NCBI RefSeq assembly: GCF_040938485.1
Contig: NW_027271766.1
Location: 806,001 to 870,000 of the forward strand
From: Diadema antillarum
Lineage: Eukaryota
Reading direction: 5' to 3'
DNA length: 64,000 nt
Shown here in pieces: positions 37,601-49,900 of the stretch. The notes under the pieces are model-generated. The model had not been told where the DNA came from and made no database searches. It worked only from the letters and a program-made list of their open reading frames with translations. Each line of letters starts with the position of its first letter. Positions within the stretch are counted from its first letter, which is position 1. The translations under genes and the position numbers were made by a program.

Positions 37601-40600
37601 CCAACACATATCTACTTTGTGTAATCATTCTTCTTCCAGGAAGAAAATCTTGTTTCTATTTTGCAAGCCGCTATCCTAAAGTCTACCAAATTTTGTCCCT
37701 TGACACAATTCTTTTAACTCCTGCCTCTTTTACATTCCTATCTGATTATTTAGTTTTACCTTATCTCTTAACTGCTATACTAGTATTTTCTTTTTGTTCC
37801 CCTCATACAATACAGTTATAAATTTTCACCACTTTGCACTATGTTTTTAAAAAAGAATCTTATTCACAATATCTTAATTTTTGTATACATTGTAGTATTT
37901 CTTCACAAACTGCATAAACTGTGCTGCACTATACAGACCTGAAACACAGCTTACAGCTGATGGCAACTGTTGGTATACATTGATTTGATTTAAAATAAAG
38001 AAACCAAAATAAATCACAAAACTATGAATTAAAAACAAACAAGAGGAATGGAATCTCTGCTTGAATTCTCAATAGTTGCTATTTTTATTTCTTTTCGTTT
38101 CTCTTCCTGAAAGAGAAATGAGGATCTTCCTTCAAGTTTGTTTTGATTATCTACCACCCATACCGAAAATTACAAATCAAAATAGGGTTATCCACTGAAA
38201 AATGAAGAATGTAACCAAAGCAAAATTGTCTCAATGTGTTGACAATGTCACTTGCACAAAGTATGTTGTTCAATGCACTATCATTTCATTTGACAATGAT
38301 ATACCCACTTCCAGAAATGCATGTATAGTTAACCTTCATGAACTCACTCATGTTATCCAGGTTAATTGCGTCCAAGATAGATTTCTTCTCATCAACCCGA
38401 ATGGCTCTCTCAAAGGCCATCTGCTTTACAAGCTTGTTGCATTCGGTATACTTGGTCCGGGCGTCCTTGTCATTTGGCCGGTACTTGACAACCTTCCAGG
38501 TGAAAGATAGAAGGGTAAAATGAATGCAGAATGTTCCTTGAATGAAGAAATAATGATTTTCATGGGAAGAGTATCAGACTACTGATTGACTACTCCAAAG
38601 AAGACATTATTACTTACTGTAAGAAATGATTTTCATCTTCTTTTTTTTTTCAAAATTTGTAACCTTAGTACCTCTTTGAACAGCAGTCATGAGGTAAATT
38701 GATTTTTTCTTTCACTGTTCAAAAATGTCCCCTATTATCAGAATTCATGCCAAGTTGGATAGATATTTCAGAGATTTGTGTGTCACATAAAAGCATGCAT
38801 GATGCACAGAGTATTACCGTTTAATTTCAAAATAACTGGTACACATTAAAATGTTATTTCTACTCTACTTGTTCCTCACTTGAATTTTACTTGAAATCAA
38901 ATGTTTAAAAAAATATCTTATTTTCTTCATGCAGAAATGTGGTGATGAGAGGAAAATGTCTGAAAGCAAAATGAAAATTCTTACCGTTTCGTAGTCTTTG
39001 AGTGCTATCTTAAGCTTTCCAAGAGCCATGTTGGCTGTTGCTCTCCGGTAGTAGCCCTGTATTAAAGTCAATTTACAAACCCATGTAAAATTGTCATGCC
39101 AGATTATTATACCTCCATTCTTTTTAAAGGTCTCAACATTATGATAATGTGGAGACCTACAACCCTTATAAGGAACTACACACTTTTTTCACATGAATAA
39201 AAGATGCAACATGTTTCAAGTAAAGCTCTTAAAGCATGAAAATTAAGTCAGTTATCTAAACAATGACATTTTTTTTTTTTTACGAAGGTGTACATGAAGC
39301 AAGGCTTCAAGCTATTTTAGTTAAAAAGGATATCCTTAAAAATCTAAAAACAGCCCCTTCCCCCCCCCCCCCCCAAAAAAAAAAAAAAAAAGACAAAAAT
39401 CAACCTTTTGCATTGTGGAATAGAACTTACATCAGAACTTGATAAAAACTGTGGTAGGCTAATGCACTTGCAGAACATGAAGAATTCTAAATAACACTTT
39501 TGTACCACTGCAACTATGCAGTTCTGCAACATGCATAGACAAGGTTACACATATGCTCTCTGAATTGTTTAAAATGAAAAATATAATAGTAATAAAAGAT
39601 AGGCCCAGAAGTTTCTAGAACTTTGAAGCACCTTGATGTATGATTTGTCCAGCTCCAGAGCTTTACTGGCATCCTCAAGGGCAGAGCCAAAACATTCCGT
39701 CCTGAGATAAGCAAAGCTTCTGTTGCCATAGTAAGCTGCTACAGATGGATTTATCTCAATAGCTTCTGTGTAGAAGGTAATGGCTTCCTGGAAGTCTTGT
39801 GCTGCAAAAGGAAAGGAATGAGAACAGATACAATAACAATAAACAGTTTTAACAGAGCACAAATTACATACAGACACAATAACAACTAGAGAAGCACTCT
39901 AAGAGCGCAGACCTCCACCAAGCATGCAGCTCATTTCCACCACTGATCTTGTTCTTCCATAGAGATATCAGTGATTTCCACCCATACATACTTATAGCAT
40001 TGTGTGCTGAAAGCTGCCCGATTTCCCAATATAGAAGCCTTTGTTACGTCATAAATCCTCAGCTGCAACGCGCCTCGCCCTAGCAGAAACTAGAGCACGC
40101 ACTTTAGTGCGCTCATGCAAATCTTAAATACGCGCAGCCTGAACTCCCAAGTTCATTGACCCTACCTGCCAAAATATCAAAAATCCTTCATAAATTCCCT
40201 AAAAATTCTCGGATCACTACCAAATGTTAATCGTTTGTTACTAGTGTCATTCTCAACCTTTCCTGCAAGTTTCATCCCAATCTGTTAACTAATTTTTTTA
40301 GTTATTTTGCAAACGGACAAACTATTACAAACGAACAAACGAACAAACAAACCAACGGTAACGAAAACATAACCTCCTCCCTTGGCGGAGGTAATAAAAA
40401 GTTTTTACAGAGCACAAATTACATTTAAGTCTTGTAAATGCTATTTACCAAGCTCCAGTCTTCTTCAATCATCTGATAAATAACAAAAAATATAACAGAA
40501 TTGTTGTTGTTGTCTTTTTAATCCCACTAGTAAATACTGAAGTAGAATTCTCAAAACTAGAACCTTGATTGAATGATCTTCATAATACTAATACATAGCT

Positions 40601-41572
40601 CGTGACATGCCATGCATAGTAAATCTACAGTGGGATAGAGTCATACTAGACTTTAAAATGGTCTTTAATCATTGAAAGCAAACAACAGTGCAGTGAAGCA
40701 AAGTATACTATGTACTTGACAGAGAAATTGGGCAGGAGATGACTAAATACATTTTTTTTTAAAAGTAATTAACTATGAACGTTTGCACCAAAGTGCAAGT
40801 GTGACTCAGAATATGTCACAAGAACAAGCTAGAAGCAATTGGAATTGCATGAGAAGGAACTTTCTGTCAATAGTTCTAGTCTTCTAATCACTGATGAGAT
40901 TTTGGATGACAAACCAAGTTTATGCCAAGACATACCCTAGTAAGAAATGATTTAATTTTGAGTCATACAATAATTGGAGATAGATGGATCATCATGGAGC
41001 CTGGTCATGACATTCACAGGTAAATTTATCCCTGAATATATCAGTATCACCATGATCACATTCACAAGATTCAAGAATTCTAGTTTGGATCTCTAAAATT
41101 TCAGCTTCAGGATTAAATTTTTGATGAAAATATGAAAGTTTTGTTTTTTTTTTTTCAGTGCGAATTCTTACAACCCAAGCAAAATCACCACGTACAATAG
41201 AGATCTAATATGTTTGACTGCGTTATAACCATCTTAACTATAACTTAAACTAATGTTAGAGATGACGGGATAAAGTGCTGATGCTGGCTATGATGCAATT
41301 TCGCCTAGTCCCGTGCACGCTTAAAATTGTATGTCGTGCCTCACTTTCTCTAGCAAGATTTAGGAAATCGAATGGCAGTAACATGCACAATTAACAGCAT
41401 TTCAGTGATACGTAGTATTAAGAGCAAAAATAATTTAGTTACCCTTGAAAAACGTGTTGGCCTTATCCTTAAGTGCTTCTGCCTTCTGTTTATCGTCCTC
41501 ACTGATGGTGGCTTCATCGATTTTGATGTTGGGAATTACTCCCGTTGTTGTGGAATCGCCGGACTCGGCCAT
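31670..41572 (-). CDS. PPP5C: Serine/threonine-protein phosphatase 5 (TPR + PPP catalytic domain), 498 aa, 12 exons
   Basis: Exons 41572-41443, 39801-39632, 39056-38985, 38492-38348, 37541-37420, 36850-36686, 36313-36208, 35318-35176, 34444-34357, 33876-33657, 33065-32987 and 31726-31670; total 1497 nt in frame. TPRs ([14 protein letters not shown]) and motifs GDIHGQ, GDFVDRG, GNHE, HGG, SAPNY, C-terminal [12 protein letters not shown]. Confidence 0.98.
31830..32216. mobile_element. Kolobok-like TTAA MITE in the last PPP5C intron
   Basis: Homologous to 7842-8228 and 18714-19088; TTAA on the left, CTAA on the right. Confidence 0.7.
36064..36148. mobile_element. 85-bp piggyBac-like mini-MITE
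   Basis: TTAA|CCCATT...AATGGG|TTAA (TTAA at 36060-36063 and 36149-36152). Confidence 0.65.
36314..36685 (-). other. U12-type (minor spliceosome) GT-AG intron 6 of PPP5C
   Basis: 5' splice site GTATCCTTT; branch site TTCTTAAC at 36334-36327, about 13 nt before the CAG; no polypyrimidine tract. Confidence 0.92.
39884..40397 (-). mobile_element. Helentron-associated non-autonomous element (HINE/DINE-1-like)
   Basis: Minus strand: TTATTACCTCCGCCAAGGGAGGAGGT (subTIR plus hairpin), (GTTT/GTTC)n microsatellite, 3' subTIR TGGTGGAGGT, hairpin GCGCTCTTAGAGTGC, CTAGTT end. Confidence 0.75.
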
Positions 41573-41771
41573 GGTAAATACTTGTACAATTTACTGATCC
41601 CACGTGATATGCGGAAATTACATGTTTATTCGTTGAGAGGGCGTACTACTGTTCACTTCCACAACACATCCCGAGAGTCCCTTTCACCCTGGGTATTGCT
41701 TGCGGCCAGTTTGCGATCAGTTTGGATCCCTGCAGAATTACCGGATTTGCATTATCATCATTTTATTTATT

Positions 41772-41908
41772 NNNNNNNNNNNNNNNNNNNNNNNNNNNNN
41801 NNNNNNNNNNNNNNNNNNNNNNNNNNNNNNNNNNNNNNNNNNNNNNNNNNNNNNNNNNNNNNNNNNNNNNNNNNNNNNNNNNNNNNNNNNNNNNNNNNNN
41901 NNNNNNNN
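41772..41908. other. Assembly gap (137 N)
   Basis: N run. Confidence 1.
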
Positions 41909-42420
41909 GTAGGAAAAAGACAAGATGTACTACTTCCTGCTGGTATCCGACCGTTTTTTATTTCCAATTTGCAAAGTACAGCTAGAGATAAAACTTTTTT
42001 TTAGGCCTATCTCATTTTTATGAATCCTAGATATGATTGGTCAAAGATGCCGTCAAAAGTTTTACTTATACACTTTTATGCCTCATTTGATGAAACCTCG
42101 ATTCTGATTGGTCAGAGGTGCAGTTGATCAATAGTTTTCTTTAGTATACATCATTTAATGAATCCTCGATTCTGATTTAGTGGGACGCAAAGATCTCATG
42201 GTCTCTTTATAAATAAAAATAGACTTAGGGCCTATACATCTTGAAAAACAGACTGCTGGGCAGTAAAGTAGGCCTTGTATACAAAGTTACAAATATCGAC
42301 TGCTTCGAGGGACATGGTTAGAAGTAATAGGCCTAGATCTTTTTTCTCTGACCGGTATCAGGACAACTTTATAATGCTTTAATCTGACATAACTTATCTT
42401 AGATCAAGTGAGATGCTTAA

Positions 42421-43257
42421 CCCTATCTAGGCCGGGCTTTTTTTTCTTCTGTTCTGTGGCCGGGGAGGGTTCATGAATCACCCCCCCCCCCCCCCCCCCC
42501 CCCATCCCGCCCTACCCCCCCCCCCCCCCCCGATCTCGGCCGTCGATCGCGCAATCGCCATGAAAATTGGCATATAGTGAGAACCTGTGGGGTAATCTAC
42601 CAAACTATTGGGGGAAAAAAGAAATTGAAATGTTCATCATATTAACTAATTATGCCAATATATGCATGAAAATATACATTTTGCTCTAAATCAGAAAATA
42701 AAGCTCCTAGAATCCAAATTTTTGGTGATAACATTCTTAGCGTTCCTAACAATGTATATCTATACTTGAAAAAAAAAAACTGGTATCAAAATTAATTTCT
42801 TACGTATAATATTTATGTTGTATTGGTTTATGGATTTCTTATGTATACCTCGACTACATTTCTATGTTTTTTGACCTTTTGTCTTATCATTTTCTCTCAA
42901 AATTTATGACAACCTATTTCAAGCATAATAATGCTAAAATTGATTGATTTCAGCCGATGAACATGAAAATAGTCATATCTTTTTGAATAAGGTGCAAAAA
43001 CTCCATTTGCACAGACTTTGTACACAAACCACGTTTTTGAGCCATTTTCGGTCTGACAAGCATGTACGGTGTATAGGTCGTGCAACGTTGTAACGGTACG
43101 CCCGATTTTCGCGAAAATGGTATCAAGATGTGCGAGACTTGAAAGTAAAAAGTCAGGGAGCGGCGCGGTCAAAAATTTCGCGCGGCGGAATAGTCGTGCA
43201 AAATGTCGAGGGGTTGATTCCTCCCCCCCCCCCCCCCCCCCCTCGACCGTTTTAGGG
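42421..43257. mobile_element. 837-bp piggyBac-like non-autonomous element
   Basis: TTAA|CCCTA...TAGGG|TTAA, with subterminal poly-C tracts and CpG-rich ends. Confidence 0.75.
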
Positions 43258-43427
43258 TTAAACAAATACCAACTGCTTCTTTTCTGGTCACTGTTAAAAC
43301 TATTTGCCCTCAGTAGTGCATGTTGAAAATCACCTGAGGTTCTGGGCAATTATAGCTTTAACCGCGTGCCGATAGGCCCTATTCTTTGGTTTCATTATGG
43401 CCCCGGCAAGTTCAAAATCACGATGAA

Positions 43428-43594
43428 NNNNNNNNNNNNNNNNNNNNNNNNNNNNNNNNNNNNNNNNNNNNNNNNNNNNNNNNNNNNNNNNNNNNNNNNN
43501 NNNNNNNNNNNNNNNNNNNNNNNNNNNNNNNNNNNNNNNNNNNNNNNNNNNNNNNNNNNNNNNNNNNNNNNNNNNNNNNNNNNNNNNNNNNNNN
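43428..43594. other. Assembly gap (167 N)
   Basis: N run. Confidence 1.
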
Positions 43595-43749
43595 GTATTC
43601 AGGATTCCGAGGATGCATACACAGCGTGTCTCCAGTCTAACAGTTTTATGAGGAGTTACCATTGACGAAACATTATAATGGAATCGTAATATTGGCGTCA
43701 TCTGCAGTTTATTATCAGAGTACTGGTGTGTCGAATACATTCAGGTCAT

Positions 43750-44667
43750 TTCCTGCAACTAGAAAAATACTGTTAATGTTGTACATGTATAATACACTTT
43801 TTACACCTCATAATACTGTGCTACATCTTGGGCCAGTACCACAGAACGAATACATGAGTAGATCGTTTAAATTTCAAAAACATGCAATAAGAATCATATT
43901 GAATTCTTCATGATTATCATGCTCATAATCAACCGATGTATTCCTCTTTAAAAGCTTTGAATATTTATGATGTACAGATTTTCCAAATTGCTATTTCTAT
44001 GTTTTTGAGTAAGCAGAACATTCTCCCTATAGGCCCTATTTCTTTGCAAGAATATTAGATTTGACTTTAAATCAGTCCATTCATATAATAATTTGACAAG
44101 AAATTCTTCTGATTACCATCTCCCTTCTGTACGAACCTCTATGCTCAAAAATTATGTTTTCTCTAGAGATCCCTTGATGTGGAACGACATGCCTCATGAA
44201 ATAAAAACCATCTCTTCTTTAAATTAGTTTAAGAAGAGATTTAAGCTTTATTTATTAGAATCACTTACCTTGCAGTAATACTGCCACGTGTATTCCAAGC
44301 AATGTGTTAGCTTATANNNNNNNNNNNNNNNNNNNNNNNNNNNNNNNNNNNNNNNNNNNNNNNNNNNNNNNNNNNNNNNNNNNNNNNNNNNNNNNNNNNN
44401 NNNNNNNNNNNNNNNNNNNNNNNNNNNNNNNNNNNNNNNNNNNNNNNNTTATTTGTCATCAGGGCCTAACTTAAGGCAGTCTGCCTTCCTGTTGAGCCCT
44501 TATACAGTTTAATAATTCTCTTTCCATTATTTTTTTCTACCCTGATGGGACGGTTGTGTCGTTGACAATGTGCCAATGTATTGTGTGTTTTTTTTTTTGT
44601 TCATTTGTAGAGCCCTCATTATGTGTTGTTTTATGAAAGTTTTAGATAAAAGAACTTGAACTTGAAC
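43750..44667 (+). mobile_element. Decayed LINE 3' end (CR1/L2 group); contains a 132-N gap at 44317-44448
   Basis: Frameshifted YNTLFTPH..YCATSWAS..FQKHAIRII..LMWNDMPHEIKTISSLN*FKKRFKLYLL; ends in an (AACTTG)n tail near 44653-44667. Confidence 0.7.
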
Positions 44668-45243
44668 AGGAAGAAGATGGCGATAGCGATGGTAACGGAT
44701 GAAATGATGTCAGGCCCTAAACATTGCTAAATGAAGATAATGATAGTCTTTAGTTTAAAAAAATGACTGTTGAAAACCCTTTTGTTCCAATAGTAAGACC
44801 TTTTAATGTTTCTAACTTTATTCCACTGCATATATAGCTGGTTAATGATCTGACAAGCTAATAAAGTCATTGTTTGTCTTTCTTTGCTTTGTTTTGAAGG
44901 TCTTTTTTGAGGGGTCAAGGGTTACCAACCCCCTCCCCATGATGACAGGCCCTAAGATAATTACTATAGTGATGAATGATAATAACGATGCAGTGACTAC
45001 GGTTCGTTCTTAATGATGGGGGAGGGGCGTTGCTGTCACTTGCACACCAAAATGGGCTGGCAAGCATGCAAGCAAGCAAGGTAGCAAAAAAAAAAAAAAA
45101 ATAAAAAAAAAATAAAAGATGGCTTAACATTTTCTGGTGCAACTTTCTCCGGGGTTAATATCGGCTGACAAGTTAGTCCCCGCCCCCCCCCCAAAAAAAA
45201 AGAATGGTCTTTACATTTTTTGGGTGACACTTCTCTATCCCCT

Positions 45244-45467
45244 GGGTTCCATGACATTTGCTCCTGCGACACCGAAAGTAGCCCCCAAGAAATATCTGCA
45301 CTCTAAGCCAAAGAAAAATTCTACCCACAAATATATGCCCATAACCCTAATCCTATAATCCTAATCCTCACATCAAACTAAACCTAAAACCCTACATCAA
45401 AACCAACCCTAAATCCTTGGAGAATAAGACCGGAGCAATCGTTGCAGGGACAAATGTCGTGTAGCCC
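45244..45467. mobile_element. MITE with ~27-bp TIRs and internal telomere-like repeats
   Basis: GGGTTCCATGACATTTGCTCCTGCGAC versus right-end reverse complement GGGCTACACGACATTTGTCCCTGCAAC; core ACCCTAATCCTATAATCCTAATCC...AAACCCTA...AACCCTAAA. Confidence 0.7.
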
Positions 45468-45592
45468 TCTATTGACATCGCCTGACAAGCAGAAAAACAA
45501 AGAAAAAACATCACCGTACATTTTTTTTCTGAAAAAAAAAACCAAAACAACAGAAGTGGAGGAGGGCAAAAATTAAAACCCTAACTTCGTCC

Positions 45593-46031
45593 AATTACAC
45601 ACTGAGAAAAGGAATATTGAAATTAGACTTGCCTCACCCAAGAACGAATTTTAAGAAACGTAGTGTAACATATCGCGGAGCCAAACTATGGAATAATTTA
45701 TCAGACGGTGTAAAACAAAGTGTATCTCTCTTTATATTTAAGAATAAGATAGATGAAATATATAGCAATTGTTTGCATTGAACTGTGACATTGTATGTCA
45801 ATCAAATCTTTTTTTCAGTGTCTTAATTCCTATTTTTCCTTTTTAGTGATACGCATGATTTCGTATAACTTTGCTTTTGTGTGTGTGTCTGTTTATTTTT
45901 TCTTTCGTTTCCTAAATGTTGTATTTGTAACTGTATGATTTTTAAACTACACGTTCTCACAGGAAAAAAATGGCTGAAGTGGCTTGACTCGTGGTGAAAT
46001 AAAAATACTCAAATTCAACTCAAACTCAAAC
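45593..46031 (+). mobile_element. LINE 3' end (L2/Crack-like)
   Basis: NYTLRKGILKLDLPHPRTNFKKRSVTYRGAKLWNNLSDGVKQSVSLFIFKNKI, then a 3' UTR with AATAAA and a (CTCAAA)n tail. Confidence 0.75.
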
Positions 46032-46295
46032 CTTGTTTTCATTGTTCTTGCATATTCCATGTGAGCTTTCCCCAGTTACTCGTTGCATTTGTTCTGAGCT
46101 TTGGCCTAGCTACGTAATATTGCTCGAATCCTCTGCTATGTCCCCGGGACTGTATATATTATACCGTCATCACTATGCCCAATTTGAGGACAGTAACTCG
46201 CTACTATAATAGCAAGTCAAAGAGAAAATTAGAACAAAATTAGGCCGTGTGGCGAGAAAAAACTATGGAGGAGCCACATTGGAGTTATGGAAGAA

Positions 46296-46400
46296 AGAGG
46301 AGGAAGCGGAGGAGGAGGAGGAGGAGGAGGAGGTGGTGGTGGTGGTGGAGGAGGGTGGTGGTGGAGGAGTGGTGGTGGAAGAGGAGGTGGAGGAGGCGAG
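46296..46400. repeat. (GGA/GGT)n low-complexity tract
   Basis: Directly visible. Confidence 0.9.
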
Positions 46401-46918
46401 CTATCTGGGAGGAGGAAACTAGAACGTGTAAAAGATGTAGGAGGAATAGGATGCGAAGGAAGATGAGAACAACGGACGACTGAGTGAAGGATATGTCATA
46501 GAACCCATGATATCATCCCATGACGACACCAACAAATCAATTTTGTAATGATTATCATAATTCTACTCTCTCCATCACTCCAAGCTCTGTCCATCACCAC
46601 CCAACGGCAAGAACGCACAAATGTACCTGAAAGACCAAACAACAGACATACAGTCCTTTGAACCAGGGAGGTGAGCTCCCTGTTTGAACCCACATGTACA
46701 CGCACAACGGGCATGCATTACTTGCGTGTACTCTACAAGTATAGTGTGTGTATCCGCGTACTACGTAAATGTACATGCACAAACCGTAAAATGTTGCACT
46801 ACACTGCACTTCCTTGCACTAACCCTATTAGATCGCAGCAGTGGCCGCCTAAGCGCACCTACATTCGTACTCGTTAGCTGTATTTGCCAGTAAATGCAAA
46901 TTCTGCTCCAGAAAGACC

Positions 46919-49900
46919 ATGAGTGCTGGAAGCAGTAGGCTGTCTGTAGCTTCACAATTTTTCCTAGACGATGACGGAGGAGATGGTCAAAGTATTTCTG
47001 ATCAGGGTATAACTCAACATGAGCATTCTTCCTCAAATCTTGAAATGTGACAGTACCGAGGGGCTTATAACAGTCCCATATGTTTATTTTTGCGTTACAA
47101 TTAATAGAAGCCGATAGAATGGCACCACTGTCACACAGCACAATGTCAATGAACTTTATATTAGGCCTAGACTACGGCATGTCGTAAATTTACTCACAGA
47201 TAAGCAAAATTGGGTAAGACTTGGCAAGACTAGAAAGACGCAATAATGATCGAACACATGGTTTAATAGATTAGTATCAGATCATGGTCAAGTACACAGA
47301 AGTAGGCAGCTAGCGCTAGATTAAAGAGGTTACTGCGACCAGCCCATACGCATTTGCGTATGTGATGGGGCTGCTGGTCGCACAGTTAGCCTAGAGGTTT
47401 TATTACAGTAGAGTAGATCGTAGATAGCACTTCACATACCTAGCTAAGGAAATATACATGAATAAACAAATCAGTTCTACAACCATGACCTTGAAATTCC
47501 AACAATATGACACAACACACAGCAGCATGCAGCAGCAGTGTCAGTGAACATGGAAAAAAAAAACACCAACCTTTATACAAATGACCAGCGTCAAATGAAG
47601 TTCAACTTCAAAACAAAGATTGATAAATGGGCCTTTTGGCCTTGCGGTAGGCGCTATCTAGGTAAATTTATTTTTAATGTAAATTTTTAGAGCAGTAGTA
47701 AATGGTTATTGTCAAAACAGAGTGTAAATGAATAATTCATAATAAAGTTTACACCCTATCATAGTAGTCCCTTAAATTTTAAGGATGGGATTAGGAGGGG
47801 GTGCTTCTCGTGAATCTTGATTCTAGAAATTAGAATTTGGGGTTGAACTTGCCTGTTGACTTTGTATGCTGGGAACGTGGAATTCTTTTATTTGTGCTAT
47901 GACAAAAAAAAAAAATGTGTTTTATACAGTAGAAAATGCCTTTGCCCTTGATGCTTTTGTCATGATCAGAATTGGTTACCAATAGAAAGTTCTGCTCCCT
48001 CATATTGTAAATGTGAGCAGTGTGGAAAATATCATGCATGCTTGTACTTTTCTCGATGTGATTGCAGAACAAAGGTAAGTTAATAGATACCAGTGTGTTT
48101 AGTTCACTGTTTTGTTGAGGATGCCCTTTGAAATAATTTGAAATAACTACTAATGTGTTGACAGTTGGTTAAACTTAAATAAGCCATGAAAATTATCTTG
48201 GCTGTACATGAGTAATTTAGCCGGCAACATCTATTGCACAAGTTTTTTCAACTGTTGTACTTTGTTATTGTTTTTCTGATAAGGTTGTCGACCTGCTGCA
48301 GAAGACGCACTCTCTCCCAAAGGATTCACAGAAGATCACTCATCTCAGACATGTTCAAGAACTGATTGTCAACCGGGATCCGTCTCTCCTGGATAACTTT
48401 CTTGATGTGAGTGAAATATTGCTATCATTAAGCGATGTACAAGATCTGCAGTTTATCCAAGTTCATTGTACTGAAGAATGTGGTCAGAATTGTTTTGTCT
48501 TAAAGGGGCTGTACGCATGTGAAGGATCGGTATAGAATCAACTTAAATCAGCAATCTGTTGGTCGGGAGGTACATGTAGCTCTACCAAGTTGATACTACT
48601 ACATAAGGAGGCAGTAATGTTCACCCATGATATGTTGTGATGATGTTCATTTCTTTGATGTTGCTTGCAAGTCCTTCATTCTATTGAAAATATCAGCAGA
48701 TTTAAAAAAAAAGAGATATGAGTATGGAATTACAACATGTTTCTTTTTACTGTTTTGGTTTCTTTGTCTTTTGACTGAGCATACTATTTTGGTTCTTTGT
48801 CTTTTGACCGAGCATACTTTTTTTTTTTCATTTGATATTTCTATATCAAATTAATCAAGTTCAAAGTTTGATTTTCATTGTACTTGGCACAAACCAAATC
48901 AAAATATTACTGGGATTTTCCCATTAAAAAAATCAGATTACATCCTTTTACAAGTAACATATTTTTATTGTTTTTGTTTGGTCTGCATGGCTCTACTTAT
49001 TACTGAATTCTTCAGAACAAAATTCCAATGACATTAATGACTGTGATTTGGTTTGCTATTGATGATACTTTAGCAAGTGATGAGTTTCATCATTATTTCA
49101 TAGACTATTTCAACAATGTATATTGCTCACATCATATTGGCTGGCTTTTGAAAAGGGATATGTATTTTTAAAAAAAGTAACCTAACTATTATCCCACTCT
49201 TGAAACTAGGAGAATTGACAATGTTTATCAATAGAGTTTTCTTTTTCTTTGTTTTCCTGTGATGTTATCACTTGTTCATACCAGATTTCTGCATGGTACT
49301 TTCCCCCCTTATTACAGGAAGTACTGCAGTTCCAATTTGATCAGTCTGTTGAAGTCAGAAAATTTGTGGTCAGTTTTGCAGAGTATGCCTGGTGAGTACA
49401 TCAATAATTTCACGAATATTGAAGTGTCTTCTGTCACTAACAATAATTTCCAATGAAAGTTTAGATCGCCATTCTGTATCATTGTTGTAGTCCGGTCTCA
49501 CAAACTGCAGGATCCACAATCTCAAGCGAAGCAGTCAAGATTCACATGCAGGAAAGTAAGTGTGAAGGAATTTATTTCTTTCACAGCTTTGTGGAAGTCA
49601 AATGAACCCAGTCAGGAATTGGTTAGAAGACTGGATAAAAGCATGAAGTTTAGCTTCGCCTCGTGCAATTACTGTCACGAAGCTGTCCAAATTTCATAGT
49701 GCTCCACATAGGTCCAATGATCCCTGTGTTGGCAGTGATTGGATGAATTTGATGGCCGTTGTTGGTATTACAAGTTAAACCAAAAGTGAGAAAGCAAATG
49801 ACTGCTCATTTTGGTATATCCCACGAAACATTACAGGTAGATCCTCAGTAAAGATTCATAACAAGGGTCTGGCTAGCTGGGGCAAAGACAAGAAAGATCC

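Noticed and set aside
41372-42004. 210-aa plus-strand ORF
   Set aside because: It is antisense to PPP5C exon 1 and inflated by a 137-N gap.
42897-43349. 150-aa minus-strand ORF as a possible transposase
   Set aside because: It crosses the element boundary and a poly-C tract, and has no DDD/DDE motifs.
46761-47141. 126-aa minus-strand ORF
   Set aside because: It is the antisense shadow of SYMPK exon 1, with no homology recognised.
47651-47661. 11-nt candidate microexon (GCGCTATCTAG) to repair the SYMPK frame
   Set aside because: It restores phase but introduces an in-frame TAG.
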